The position numbers and the translations under genes are program-made. A stretch of DNA of 64,000 bases from Bradymonadia bacterium (GTDB lineage Bacteria; Myxococcota_A; Bradymonadia; UBA7976; UBA1532): contig JBKAGE010000002.1 of the NCBI GenBank assembly GCA_046290225.1, forward strand, positions 33,392-97,391, given 5' to 3'. The stretch's first letter is position 1, and each line of letters begins with the position of its first letter. The notes beneath the pieces are model-generated. The model had not been told where the DNA came from. It ran no database searches and saw only the letters and a program-made list of their open reading frames with translations. Positions 18,315 to 28,382 of the stretch are shown in pieces.

Positions 18315-20654
18315 TCAGTTGAGCATCTGACCTTCTGCAGGGGCCTGCAGGATCTCACGCACCACCTTCGAAAGCTCAGGCGGGCTGAAGGGCTTGGCCA
18401 GCAACGTCGCCCCTTCGGGCAACGGCCCCTGGCTCTCGACGATCTCGTCGGGGTAGCCCGACATGAACAAGCTTTTGACGTGGGGGGCCTGAGACTTGAT
18501 CGACTCCACCACCTGAAGCCCGCTCTCTCCAGGCATCATGACATCGGTGAGCACCAGGTCGAAGGCCTTGTCGAGCCTGATGATCTCCATGGCCTGGGCA
18601 TAGCCCGCAGCCACCATCACCTCGTGACCGCCGTCTTCGAGCACCCGCTTCACGAGCTCCCTCAGGGCGTCGTCGTCTTCCACCACGAGAATCCGGGCCT
18701 GGAACTCCGCGCCCGACGTGGCCATGTCGCCATAGTGTTTCAGATCGAGGGCCACCATCTCGCCGCTGCTCAGGATCGGGCTGAGATCGTACGGGGGGAA
18801 CGTCACCGAGAAGATGGTGCCTTCACCGACGGCGCTCTCGAGAGAGATCATCCCCCTACACTGCTCTACGGCGCCGTACACCATCGACAAGCCCAGGCCT
18901 GTACCTTCGCCTTGGGGCTTGGTGGTGAAAAATGGTTCGAAGATGTGGGCCTGTACCTCGGGGGTCATGCCCACACCGGTGTCGGCCACCTGTAGGAGCA
19001 CCTGGGGCCCGGACTCGCTCTCGACGACCTTCGTGCTCACGGTGACGACGCCCCCGGAGGGCATGGCGTCCCGAGCGTTCACCACGAGGTTGAGTACGAT
19101 CTGCTCCATGAGGCTGACGTCGGCGTACACTTGGGGCACGTTGGGATCGAGGTGGTGATCCACCTGCACGTAATCTTCCATGAGCGGCCGGGCGAGGCTG
19201 AGGGTCTCGGCCACCACAGTGTTGAGGTTGAAGGCCTTCATGCTCACCACCTGCCGGCGGCTGAAGGCGAGCAGCTTGCGGGTGAGTGCCGAAGCCTTCT
19301 TCGCCGACTTGATCACCTTGATCAGATCATTGCGCACCAGGGGCTTCTCGGTGGCGAGGGCCGCCAGCTCGGCATAACTCAAGATCGACGTGAGCAGGTT
19401 GTTGAAGTCATGGGCCACGCCGCCGGCGAGGCGACCGATGGCCTCCATCTTGGTGGACTGCCTCAGGTGACTCTCGAGTTCTTGCTGCATCGTGATGTCG
19501 GCGAGGAAGCCCACGAGGTGCACAGGCGTACCCTGACGGTCGAGGACCAGGTCGGCGTCATGACGGATGGTGATCCAGGCCCCGTTGCCCTGATGCATAC
19601 GGTAGTCGATGTGCACGGGCTGCCCACGATGACGGCAATCATCGAAGGCCTGAATCACCTCGGCCCGATCATCGGGGTGCACCATCAGGATCCAGTCACC
19701 AAGCACTCGAGGCAGGGCCTTGGGCTCGAGCTTGAACAGATCGGGACCCCCTTCGCCCACCGAGAGCTTGTCCTGTACCGGAGACCACTCGAAGAGGACC
19801 TGCTTGGTGGCTCGCACCGCCGCAGAGTAGCGCTGCTGCCACTCCACCACCGCCCGCATGGCCTGACGATAGAGCGTGATGTCGTGTGCGGTGATCAAGA
19901 ACAGTGAGGCATCTTCGATCTGCAAGCGCGAAGCGTTTACCTCGACATGCATTTGCCGACCGCGGTGGCGGATCAGCTGCACCCCCTGCTGCTCGTGCTC
20001 CGAGCCCCCCTCGAGGGCGATCACCATCTTCTCGAGCTGGGCGGAGAGCTGAGGCTCGGTGAAGATCTGGTTGATCAGCTGATGCTCGACGTCTGTGCGT
20101 GTGCGCTGCAGCAGCTTGCACATGGCGGGGTTGATCTTCATCACCCTGCGGGTACGACCGTCGAGGAGCATCATGCCACCCATGGCCTGCTCGAAGACCT
20201 CCGACATGTGATGGGCGGCCTCGTTGAGGGTGTGAATGGTGGACTCACAGCTCTCGAGGTGATCGCTGACGTCGGTGAGTGTCACATACTCGAGAGGCTC
20301 ACCTTCGAGGACCTCGAGTGGGGCACACGATAGAGCGAAGCTGAAGAGCCGGTCGCCATTGCACGTGACGGCCCAAGGTTGCTGTTCGGCGTTGAACGCC
20401 TCAGCGTGCATGGCATCAGTGCCTGACCCCGCAGTACCCAATCCCTTGATGCTGGAAGGCCACTGTACGAACAGTTGCTCTACAGGTTGACCCAGGGCCT
20501 CGGCTTCAGGCGCTTCGATGACCTGAGCAAAGGCGGCGTTCAACCCCACACAGTGCCCCGACCGGTCCATGACGATGACAGGCTGTGTCATGCCATTCAG
20601 GTGCTGCACCAACACAGGGTGTACGCGGGCACGGGTTTCTGGCTCCAGCAACAT
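18315..20654 (-). CDS. PAS-domain hybrid sensor histidine kinase/receiver
   Basis: PAS/PAC repeats, GGVAHDFNNLL H-box, NARDAM, FFTTK..GTGLGL, receiver with TDVMMP. Confidence 0.92.
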   Translation of the reverse strand: MLLEPETRARVHPVLVQHLNGMTQPVIVMDRSGHCVGLNAAFAQVIEAPEAEALGQPVEQLFVQWPSSIKGLGTAGSGTDAMHAEAFNAEQQPWAVTCNGDRLFSFALSCAPLEVLEGEPLEYVTLTDVSDHLESCESTIHTLNEAAHHMSEVFEQAMGGMMLLDGRTRRVMKINPAMCKLLQRTRTDVEHQLINQIFTEPQLSAQLEKMVIALEGGSEHEQQGVQLIRHRGRQMHVEVNASRLQIEDASLFLITAHDITLYRQAMRAVVEWQQRYSAAVRATKQVLFEWSPVQDKLSVGEGGPDLFKLEPKALPRVLGDWILMVHPDDRAEVIQAFDDCRHRGQPVHIDYRMHQGNGAWITIRHDADLVLDRQGTPVHLVGFLADITMQQELESHLRQSTKMEAIGRLAGGVAHDFNNLLTSILSYAELAALATEKPLVRNDLIKVIKSAKKASALTRKLLAFSRRQVVSMKAFNLNTVVAETLSLARPLMEDYVQVDHHLDPNVPQVYADVSLMEQIVLNLVVNARDAMPSGGVVTVSTKVVESESGPQVLLQVADTGVGMTPEVQAHIFEPFFTTKPQGEGTGLGLSMVYGAVEQCRGMISLESAVGEGTIFSVTFPPYDLSPILSSGEMVALDLKHYGDMATSGAEFQARILVVEDDDALRELVKRVLEDGGHEVMVAAGYAQAMEIIRLDKAFDLVLTDVMMPGESGLQVVESIKSQAPHVKSLFMSGYPDEIVESQGPLPEGATLLAKPFSPPELSKVVREILQAPAEGQMLN

Positions 20655-20664
20655 GTGCACTCTC

Positions 20665-22950
20665 TCAGCGACTCTCCAAGCCCGCGCCCGAGAGGTCAAT
20701 CTGCCTCTCATCCTTCGCCATGTCTACGATCAAAAGTGAAGCATCGAGCATCTGTTCGTTCACGATTTGAGCGCCCGACCTCCGGCGTGCAAGACCCCTG
20801 ATCAATCTCGGCGGGAAGAAGCGATACCTTAAGCGAACTTGCACTGTAAGTGGCCCCACGGCACCAGGGGGCAGAGGCACCTCGTAGAGCGCCAGCCGAG
20901 GCTCGAAAGGTCGCAGTGCCGCGCCGTCGAAGAAACGGTTGGCCTCGAGGGGATGGTCCACCTCGAGCTGGCGGCTCCGCGCCACGGGCGTGTCGGTCAC
21001 CGGATCGACGAGGGGGGCCCCGAGGAACCTGTGCCGATCCCACAGCGCCCTCGCCGTGGCCTCCAGAGCCTCCGAGGTGCCCTCTGGATCCAGCTCCCAG
21101 TCTCGATCAGAGGTGACCGGCCCGCCTGCTTCATCGAGCTTCACCCTCTGGAACGCGTTGGTGAACCGCACGATGCCCTGGTTCAGACCCAGAGGCCGCA
21201 GATCAGCATCCGGGCCAGGGATCACACACCGGGCGCCCAACGACTCGGGGTCGAGATCGACGAGCACATGACGCAGATCTTCGTCGTGGGTGATGCCATC
21301 ACCATCTCTGTCGATCAGATATCCACTGCGATAGATGACACACCGCTGCTGAGTCAGATCACACAGGCCGCTGCGCTCGCGGCGCATGCGGGCTTCACGG
21401 GTGAGGCCACCAGACGACTCCGCATCGGCGAGCACGGGATCAGGTGTCCCATCGGGGCCTGGTACGGTGCACGGCAGCGCGAAGTCGTCCACCCCCGGCG
21501 TGTCGAAGGTCAGATCGAAGCACTCGGCGTGGGCGGTACAGGTGCGCCCTTCGTCCACCACCTGCATGGCCACCCAGACCTCGCGCTCCTGGCTGAACCC
21601 TGCGGGCACGTTGTGACCCGCGCCAGTGTTCTCCAACCAGACAGGCACCGAGAGCAGGCCTTCGGCAGCCACCGCCTCGGGGACCTCGTCGAGGTGCATC
21701 TTCACCGCCGCCCGGAGCATGTCCGCCCGACGCTCTTGCAGGCAGGTGGGCCGGCCCCACTCATCTTCGGAGCAAGCGCCGTCGAGCCCTCGGCGGTCGG
21801 AGAGCGCCCGGCGGGCTCTCCGGGCCATGTCGTCATCGGGCCATGGCGCCAGCACATCCGCGGCATCGTCTGCGGGGAAAGGCACCATCGGGTGGGAGAC
21901 CGCAGTGAAGTCGTGCACAGACACCCGCCTGCGAGGCAGCTCAGCCTGAACAGAGCCCTCGGCCGTGGCCGCCTTCCCTGCGGGGTACAGCTTGTGTGCC
22001 TTGCGCTGCAGCGTCGAAGGATCCACCCCGGCGAAGGCTTCGTCGTAACGCACCTCGTCGTCGAAGCGACGATAGGGATAGAGGCTCATATGGCAGTCCT
22101 GGCAGGTGATCTCCTCTCCGTGAGACACCGCGCCCTCACCGCCGGGCAAACCCACGACGCCGAGCTCGCCACGCAAAGGGTTGAGCGGATGCGCTGGATC
22201 AGCCCAGGGGCTTTGCTGCCATTCGGAGAACAGATTCTCCAGCCGCGCCATGGGGGCGCCCGCCAGATCGCGCTCGCCGCGCACGACATCTTCCACAGGC
22301 AGCCGCACGTCGTGACATGCCCCGCAGAACTCGGCGCTGCTCAAATAGGGTTGTGTGCTCGACGGGCTCTGCGCACTGAGGGCTGAGTGATGAAAGGCGT
22401 TGCTCACTGGATCGGCGATGGGCCCAAGTTTGGTGGCGCCAGGGGTAAACCTCAGGGCCCCGTTGGCGATGCCGTCGCCGAGAGGACTGCCTTCGAGATC
22501 AGGCCCGGAGACCCTATGGCAGAAATCACAGGTGATGCCCTGGTCGATTGGGTCTTCGAGTCGCGCTCGATGCGCTACGCCCTCGGCACTGGCGGGTTGC
22601 CCGATCCCTTCGGCGACCCCCACGGGGGCATGACAGCGCACGCACAGGTTCCTGCCCTGCCCCTCGCCATCATCACTGAAGATGTCGTGGTCGATCTCCC
22701 CCACAGCCAGCTCGAGAGCGGCGAAGACCGGTGAGCTGGCTGCGTAATTCATGGGCGAAGGGGCGTACTCGTCTACCTGTCGCGGGTGACACGGCGCACA
22801 CGAATCGATGGGCAAAAAAGCCGCATGGGCCTCGGGGCGCACCTCGGGCAGGGTGTCGGATACAGGTCCTGGATCACACGCCGACGTCGCGATCCATGAG
22901 ATCGCCATAGCCCGCCACCAGCTGCTGCGTAATCGGCCCCGGGGCCTCAT
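20665..22950 (-). CDS. Pentaheme c-type cytochrome lipoprotein
   Basis: CAPCH, CVRCH, CDFCH, CGACH, CQDCH; lipobox TSAC. Confidence 0.8.
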   Translation of the reverse strand: MRPRGRLRSSWWRAMAISWIATSACDPGPVSDTLPEVRPEAHAAFLPIDSCAPCHPRQVDEYAPSPMNYAASSPVFAALELAVGEIDHDIFSDDGEGQGRNLCVRCHAPVGVAEGIGQPASAEGVAHRARLEDPIDQGITCDFCHRVSGPDLEGSPLGDGIANGALRFTPGATKLGPIADPVSNAFHHSALSAQSPSSTQPYLSSAEFCGACHDVRLPVEDVVRGERDLAGAPMARLENLFSEWQQSPWADPAHPLNPLRGELGVVGLPGGEGAVSHGEEITCQDCHMSLYPYRRFDDEVRYDEAFAGVDPSTLQRKAHKLYPAGKAATAEGSVQAELPRRRVSVHDFTAVSHPMVPFPADDAADVLAPWPDDDMARRARRALSDRRGLDGACSEDEWGRPTCLQERRADMLRAAVKMHLDEVPEAVAAEGLLSVPVWLENTGAGHNVPAGFSQEREVWVAMQVVDEGRTCTAHAECFDLTFDTPGVDDFALPCTVPGPDGTPDPVLADAESSGGLTREARMRRERSGLCDLTQQRCVIYRSGYLIDRDGDGITHDEDLRHVLVDLDPESLGARCVIPGPDADLRPLGLNQGIVRFTNAFQRVKLDEAGGPVTSDRDWELDPEGTSEALEATARALWDRHRFLGAPLVDPVTDTPVARSRQLEVDHPLEANRFFDGAALRPFEPRLALYEVPLPPGAVGPLTVQVRLRYRFFPPRLIRGLARRRSGAQIVNEQMLDASLLIVDMAKDERQIDLSGAGLESR

Positions 22951-23764
22951 AGATCAATCCGTCGATGTTGCGCACAGGCACGATACCGCGAACGCTGCTG
23001 GTGATGAACACCTCGTCCAGGGCTTCGAGATCATGTCGATAGATCGTCGGGGTGATCACCTCGACCCCCACTGTTCGGGCGGCCTCGATGACTTTGCGTC
23101 GCGTGATGCCGTCGAGGATGCCCACAGACAAGTCGGGGGTGATGAGCTGACCATCTTTCACGCCGAAGAAGGTGCTGGTGCCGCCTTCGAGCACTCGACC
23201 GAGGGTGTCCACCCGCAGCGACTCGTAGGCGCCTGTGTCTCGGGCCATGCGGGCCCCCTTCACCGCCAGCGTGCGATCACCACTCTTCACCTTCGGATCC
23301 CGATTGCCCTCTTCCCCCAGATCTCTCCGATGGGTCTGAAACGACGTCAGGATACAGCCGATTTCGAGCAGCTTCTGGGGCACGCGGGGCATGGGCTTGG
23401 CAAAGATCACCCGGTTGGGCGGGTAGGCGGTCTTGGGGTCGAGGGATAACGGCCCCTCGCCGCGGGTGATGACGATGCGCACATAGCTCTCACCCCAGGT
23501 GACCCCTTCGAGCAGCCCATGCATGTTGGTGTAGATCGTGTTCACCAACGAGCCGAGGATCATCCCCATCCGCTGAGCCGAAGCCACGAGACGCTCGCGA
23601 TGTGCGTACCAGAAGAGTGGCCGGCCGTGATGCGTACGCATGACCTCGTAGACGGAGTCACCGTGCAAGAACCCTCGATCGAACACCGAGATGGTGGCCT
23701 CTTCAGGTCCGGTGATCTGACCGTTGATGCTCACCAGCACCGGATCTCGAGTGGGGATGGGCAT
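22874..23764 (-). CDS. Class IV aminotransferase (BCAT/D-amino acid transaminase/ADC lyase family)
   Basis: FDRGFLHGDSVYE, LEGG, ILDGITR, EVFITSS, PGPIT. Confidence 0.9.
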   Translation of the reverse strand: MPIPTRDPVLVSINGQITGPEEATISVFDRGFLHGDSVYEVMRTHHGRPLFWYAHRERLVASAQRMGMILGSLVNTIYTNMHGLLEGVTWGESYVRIVITRGEGPLSLDPKTAYPPNRVIFAKPMPRVPQKLLEIGCILTSFQTHRRDLGEEGNRDPKVKSGDRTLAVKGARMARDTGAYESLRVDTLGRVLEGGTSTFFGVKDGQLITPDLSVGILDGITRRKVIEAARTVGVEVITPTIYRHDLEALDEVFITSSVRGIVPVRNIDGLIYEAPGPITQQLVAGYGDLMDRDVGV

Positions 23765-23819
23765 GGCTCTCTCCTTGCGGCCAGTGCGTGGCGCCCTGAA
23801 CAGCTCACCCCAAGCATGC

Positions 23820-24608
23820 TCAGAAAGGCAATCCCTGGGCGTCGCACAAGAACTTGCAGTACCCATGGCCTGCCTCGTAGGCCGCCATCAGCTCGTCCAC
23901 CAGCGCAGTCGTCGAGAGTACGTCCGCTTCGAGAGGTTGCACGAGGATGTGATCTTTGCGCTTGAGCTCCACGATCATCGGGTGCTCTTTGACGTAGCCC
24001 TTCGGCGGCCGCTTCAGGGTGTCCCCCGCCTGTTCGAAACGGGCAGTGAACTTCGGATCGTTGATGATGGCGGTGTACTCGTCGCCCTTTTCGGCGATGC
24101 GGGCCCTGATCTGGGCCAGGGGCTCTCGGTCAGGTCGCCACATGCCGAGACCAATGAAGATCTCCTCCAGGCTGATGTGCAGGTAGAGCCCCGGGGCGTG
24201 TACGTCCTTGCCCGCCTCGTGGCGGAACTGAATGCCCACGTTGGTCTTGTATGGTGTCTTGTCGGCACCGAAGCGGGTATCGCGGTAGATGCGCATGAGC
24301 GAGCCGCCCATCTTGCGGTCGTCGGCCTTCAGGTGAGCCTCGGCGGTGGTGAAACGCTCGTCCATGGCCCGGGCGAGGGCCCGGGCTGGCTCACGGATCA
24401 GCTGCTCGTATCGGGGCTTGTTGGCGTTGAACCACTCGCGGTTGTTGTTGGCGGTGAGCTCGAGCAGGAACTGGAACATCTGCGGATCGAACCCAGTGAA
24501 GGGTGCAGGCTCGGGGGCGGCTTTGGCTTTGGCTTTCGCGGGCAACGGATGACTCCAGCTCGGTGGTGGATGGTGTTTGGGGCGCACCTTACCCGAGAGT
24601 TCTGTCAA
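23820..24608 (-). CDS. DUF2461 (TIGR02453) family protein
   Basis: FLLELTANNNREWF, RIYRDTRFGADKTPYK. Confidence 0.88.
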   Translation of the reverse strand: MTELSGKVRPKHHPPPSWSHPLPAKAKAKAAPEPAPFTGFDPQMFQFLLELTANNNREWFNANKPRYEQLIREPARALARAMDERFTTAEAHLKADDRKMGGSLMRIYRDTRFGADKTPYKTNVGIQFRHEAGKDVHAPGLYLHISLEEIFIGLGMWRPDREPLAQIRARIAEKGDEYTAIINDPKFTARFEQAGDTLKRPPKGYVKEHPMIVELKRKDHILVQPLEADVLSTTALVDELMAAYEAGHGYCKFLCDAQGLPF

Positions 24609-24712
24609 CTGAGTGTCAGTTTTGCCACTGCCATTGCGCGGATGACTGACAGGGGGCTCACCAGGGGCGATGCAGTCTCGATCTCGACGACACCTTGCGG
24701 CATGCTCCCCTC

Positions 24713-25981
24713 ATGAGCACATCGAACGCCCCTGGCAGTACACCTTCCGGTACCCTCATCGCCGAGCGCTACGAGATCGCCGAGCGCCTCGGTGAAGGGG
24801 CCATCGGCACCGTCTATCGGGCCCGAGATCATCGCCTCGAGTTTCGAGAAGTGGCCATCAAGCTGCTCAAGCCCGACACCCCAGAAGATCAGATCGCCCG
24901 GTTCCGCCGCGAAGCCTTGTTGGTGAGCGGCCTGTCGAGCCCCTTCATCGTCGGGGTGAGCGACTTCGATCGTCTCGAGAACAAGCAGCCCTACCTCGTG
25001 ATGGAGTGTCTCAAGGGCGAGAACCTCGGCGATCGCCTCACTCGTGAGCCCCAGCTGCCGATCCCCCGGGCATTGCACATCACCGACGGGATCCTCGCGG
25101 GCCTCGAGGCCGCTCACGCCGCGGGGGTGGTGCACCGCGATCTCAAACCGGCGAACCTGTTCCTCACCACGGGGCCCGGGGTGAGCGATCACCCCAAGAT
25201 CCTCGACTTCGGCTTTGCCCGGGTGTTCAGCCGCCCCCTCGACGCCCTCGACGTCACCAAGGACGAGCCCCTCGTGGTGGGCACCGTGAGCTACATGGCC
25301 CCAGAGCAGCTCAAGGCCCGCCACGTGGACCACCGCTCTGATCTCTACAGCGTGGGGGCCCTGCTGTTCCGCATGATCGCCGGGCGCCTGCCGTATGACA
25401 TCGACGAGAAGGCCGACAACCCGATGCAGGCGGCCATCTTCCGCATGAAGCGCATCAAGAACCCCCTGCACCGACTGCAAGATTTGATGCCCCAGCAGCC
25501 CGATCTCGGACCCCTCGACGAGGTGCTGGCCCAGGTGCTGGCGTTTGATCCGGCGAAGCGGCCGGCCACGGCAGGGCTGTTCCGCAAGGCCCTCGCCGAG
25601 GCGTGGAGCCACGGCCGGCTGCAGCGTCAGGAGTCTCTCCCTGGGGCAGGCGACGCCGTGTGGCAGAGCCCGGCGAGCGGCCTCGACAATCTGCGCCTGC
25701 TGGACACCATCGATCAGGCGCCGGCCTTCGTCGTGCCCACCGCCGAAACCCCAGCGGCCATCACCAGCACTGGTGAGCTACCGCCGCTCCCCGACGCCGC
25801 AGTAGAGACGCCCTACCCATCGAACCCGCCTGCGCCCATAGAAGAGCCGACACCTCGAACGCCACCCGAGCCTACGGCGACGGTACAGCCGCCTGCTCGA
25901 GATCGGTTGTGGCTGGGGGTGCTCATGGGCGCAGGGCTCATGGCGGCGGGCGGGGCGTTGATGTGGTTCGTGATGAAGTGA
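24713..25981 (+). CDS. Ser/Thr protein kinase with Pro-rich linker and C-terminal TM helix
   Basis: GEGAIG, VAIK, HRDLKPAN, DFG, APE. Confidence 0.92.
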   Translation: MSTSNAPGSTPSGTLIAERYEIAERLGEGAIGTVYRARDHRLEFREVAIKLLKPDTPEDQIARFRREALLVSGLSSPFIVGVSDFDRLENKQPYLVMECLKGENLGDRLTREPQLPIPRALHITDGILAGLEAAHAAGVVHRDLKPANLFLTTGPGVSDHPKILDFGFARVFSRPLDALDVTKDEPLVVGTVSYMAPEQLKARHVDHRSDLYSVGALLFRMIAGRLPYDIDEKADNPMQAAIFRMKRIKNPLHRLQDLMPQQPDLGPLDEVLAQVLAFDPAKRPATAGLFRKALAEAWSHGRLQRQESLPGAGDAVWQSPASGLDNLRLLDTIDQAPAFVVPTAETPAAITSTGELPPLPDAAVETPYPSNPPAPIEEPTPRTPPEPTATVQPPARDRLWLGVLMGAGLMAAGGALMWFVMK

Positions 25982-25999
25982 GCGCCCCTCACAGGTGCT

Positions 26000-28306
26000 C
26001 TACTCTTCCCAGGTCCAGCCTTCGATCTTGATGCCCTTCTTCACGTTGTAGCCCACCTGGCGGTGCTTCACCTTGCCACCCTCCACCCAGATGAAGGTGG
26101 GCGTACCGCTCACGCCGTGGGCCACGAAGCTGCGCCGCAGCTCGTCGCTCACGATGAGGGGCAGGAAGGCCTTGTCCCACTTGCCCAGGAACTTCTGCAC
26201 GATCTCGGGCTCTTCGTCGGTCACCGCCACCACCTGCACCCCCGTGGCCTTCGACCAGTCGAGCAGCTCGGGCACAGCCCGTTTGCAGGGGCCGCACCAC
26301 GTGGCCCAGTAGAAGAGCATGTACGGGCCCTCGGAGAGCGTCATCGACGATCCGGGCTTCAGGCCACCCGCGGGGGCCGTCACCACCTTCAGGTTCTCGA
26401 TCTTCGGCGCCGACTCACCGAGCTCTGGCGGGCTCGGCAGCTCGGGCCACTCCAGCGGATAGGGGCCGAGGTTGAAGGTGAGCGTGATCGGCTGCCCGTC
26501 GCGACGGGCTTCGATCTTCAAGGGGGTGAACTGAGGCGAGCGCATCGTCCACTCCCTGATTTGCCTCGGCTCTTCGAAGTGGGCCCCAGGCGGCCCCAGG
26601 ATGACGTCGCCCACCTGCACCCCGGCCTTCTGAGCCGGTGAGTCGGGGAACACACTCATGACCCCCACGGCGCCCCCGGCGAGCTTCCACTTCTCTTTCT
26701 GAGCAGGCTTGAGCGGGCGGAACCGGATGCCCAGCCAGGAAGGCAGCACCTTCTCGATCTTCTTCAGCTCGTCGGCGAAGGGCGGCAACGGCTCCGGCGC
26801 CTTCGGATCAGCCTTGGCGATGGAGGCGTCCAGATGCCCGGGCGTGAACTGCTCGCAGGCGGTCAGGCGTTGCCAGGCAGCCTTCTGTGCCTCATGACCC
26901 GGCGTGCTCAACCAAATCTGGCCAGCGACCTCCACCAGAGAGGTGCGCAGTCGCAACAGGATCGCCAGCCTCAGCTCGAGGCGCTCCCACGACTTGCGGG
27001 CGGTGCGGGCCTTCTGCGCCAGCGTGTTGGCCCGACGCCAGACCTGCTCGCGACCCCGGGTGAACTCAAGCAGGGCCGGCAAGACCTCTCGGAGCAGCTT
27101 CATCTGCGCGGCGTCGTCCAGCTCTTTGAGCGCCTTGGGCTGCAGCTTCTTCGACCACTTAGGCTGAGCCTCGAGGAAGTGGGCGAGGTTGTCTCGCTTG
27201 AGATCGTCGAGGGCCTCGGACCATCTCTTGGCGTAGGTGCGCACGGCCTTGGCGTTGTCGGGGAGCTTGCCAGCATGCTGCTCGAGCTCTCCGAGCGTGC
27301 GGGGGCTGAAGGTGCCATAGGTGTTCCCAATGGCGTCCATGTGTCTGATGTGGCGCTCCCAGCGCCCTCGATCCTGCCATGCCTGCTGCAACAACGCGTC
27401 GACATAGGCCTCGAAGCTCTGGCCCCTGGCCTCAGCTGCTGCGCGCAGCAGCCGCTCGAGGTAGAGCTGAGAGCTGCGCACGGGTACGTCGGGCCGGTCG
27501 TCGAAGCGCGACACCTCATCATGTGCGCTCACCAGATCGCGATGTCGGCTCAGGGCGTCGATGAAGTGGAAGGCGTGGCCCACGCGCTCCACGCCGCGGC
27601 CTCCGGGGTAGCAGCCATAGGCCTGTCGGTCCCGATACGTGGAGTAGAAGCCGCAGGTGTCTCCTGGTGGCTCTTCGGCGCCAGGGGCATAGATCGAATA
27701 CCCGAAGGTGCCCGAGTAGCACTGGCTCATGACCTCGACGGTCTTCACCCCCTCGGGCAACTCTGCGAGCAGGGCTTCGAACTCTGCCACCGACATCTCC
27801 TCATGCCAGAGATCGATGCGGCCATTGTCGGGGTGAGCGTCATTGCCTTCGCCGTGATCAGTGACGTAGATGAGCAAAGTGTCGCCGGCCTCGAGGGGCG
27901 AGCTGCGGAACCAGCCCCGCAAAGCGCCATAGGTGGCCGGTTGGAGCTTCACCTCGGCCCACTCGGTGTTCACCAGCTCGATGCGGGGGTTGAGCACCCG
28001 ACCGGGGGCGGTGTCGTCGAGCAGCCACCAGCCTTTGGGCACCCCCTTGCGGCTCTGGGCAAGATCGAGGGTGTCTCGCTCACCGTCGCTGGAGAACACC
28101 GTGATGTGATCTGCAGGGATCCCACGGGCCACGAGGATGGTGTGCATGTCTTGGATGTGGTGCAGGTGGCTGAGGTAGTTGCTCCGGGGGTTGGCGCCCC
28201 CGTTGATGAGCACCACGTAGGTCTCCCCAGCCTTCACCTCGGCGGCCCCGTGGGCGAGCATGGGCAGGGCGGTGAGCAAGGCGGCGATGATGAGCAAAGT
28301 TCTCAA
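26000..28306 (-). CDS. Secreted clan CD (C13/legumain-like) peptidase + PDZ + TlpA-like thioredoxin fusion
   Basis: Signal peptide; YVTDHG and MSQCYSG dyad motifs; WLGIRF...SPAQKAGVQVGDVI; FYWATWCGPCK. Confidence 0.78.
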   Translation of the reverse strand: MRTLLIIAALLTALPMLAHGAAEVKAGETYVVLINGGANPRSNYLSHLHHIQDMHTILVARGIPADHITVFSSDGERDTLDLAQSRKGVPKGWWLLDDTAPGRVLNPRIELVNTEWAEVKLQPATYGALRGWFRSSPLEAGDTLLIYVTDHGEGNDAHPDNGRIDLWHEEMSVAEFEALLAELPEGVKTVEVMSQCYSGTFGYSIYAPGAEEPPGDTCGFYSTYRDRQAYGCYPGGRGVERVGHAFHFIDALSRHRDLVSAHDEVSRFDDRPDVPVRSSQLYLERLLRAAAEARGQSFEAYVDALLQQAWQDRGRWERHIRHMDAIGNTYGTFSPRTLGELEQHAGKLPDNAKAVRTYAKRWSEALDDLKRDNLAHFLEAQPKWSKKLQPKALKELDDAAQMKLLREVLPALLEFTRGREQVWRRANTLAQKARTARKSWERLELRLAILLRLRTSLVEVAGQIWLSTPGHEAQKAAWQRLTACEQFTPGHLDASIAKADPKAPEPLPPFADELKKIEKVLPSWLGIRFRPLKPAQKEKWKLAGGAVGVMSVFPDSPAQKAGVQVGDVILGPPGAHFEEPRQIREWTMRSPQFTPLKIEARRDGQPITLTFNLGPYPLEWPELPSPPELGESAPKIENLKVVTAPAGGLKPGSSMTLSEGPYMLFYWATWCGPCKRAVPELLDWSKATGVQVVAVTDEEPEIVQKFLGKWDKAFLPLIVSDELRRSFVAHGVSGTPTFIWVEGGKVKHRQVGYNVKKGIKIEGWTWEE

Positions 28307-28382
28307 GGGCTGCGCTCGATGCGATGGTCAGTCCCTGAAAGATGCCACGATCACCGCCGGGGGCGCCAAGGCCTTTGGCGCG

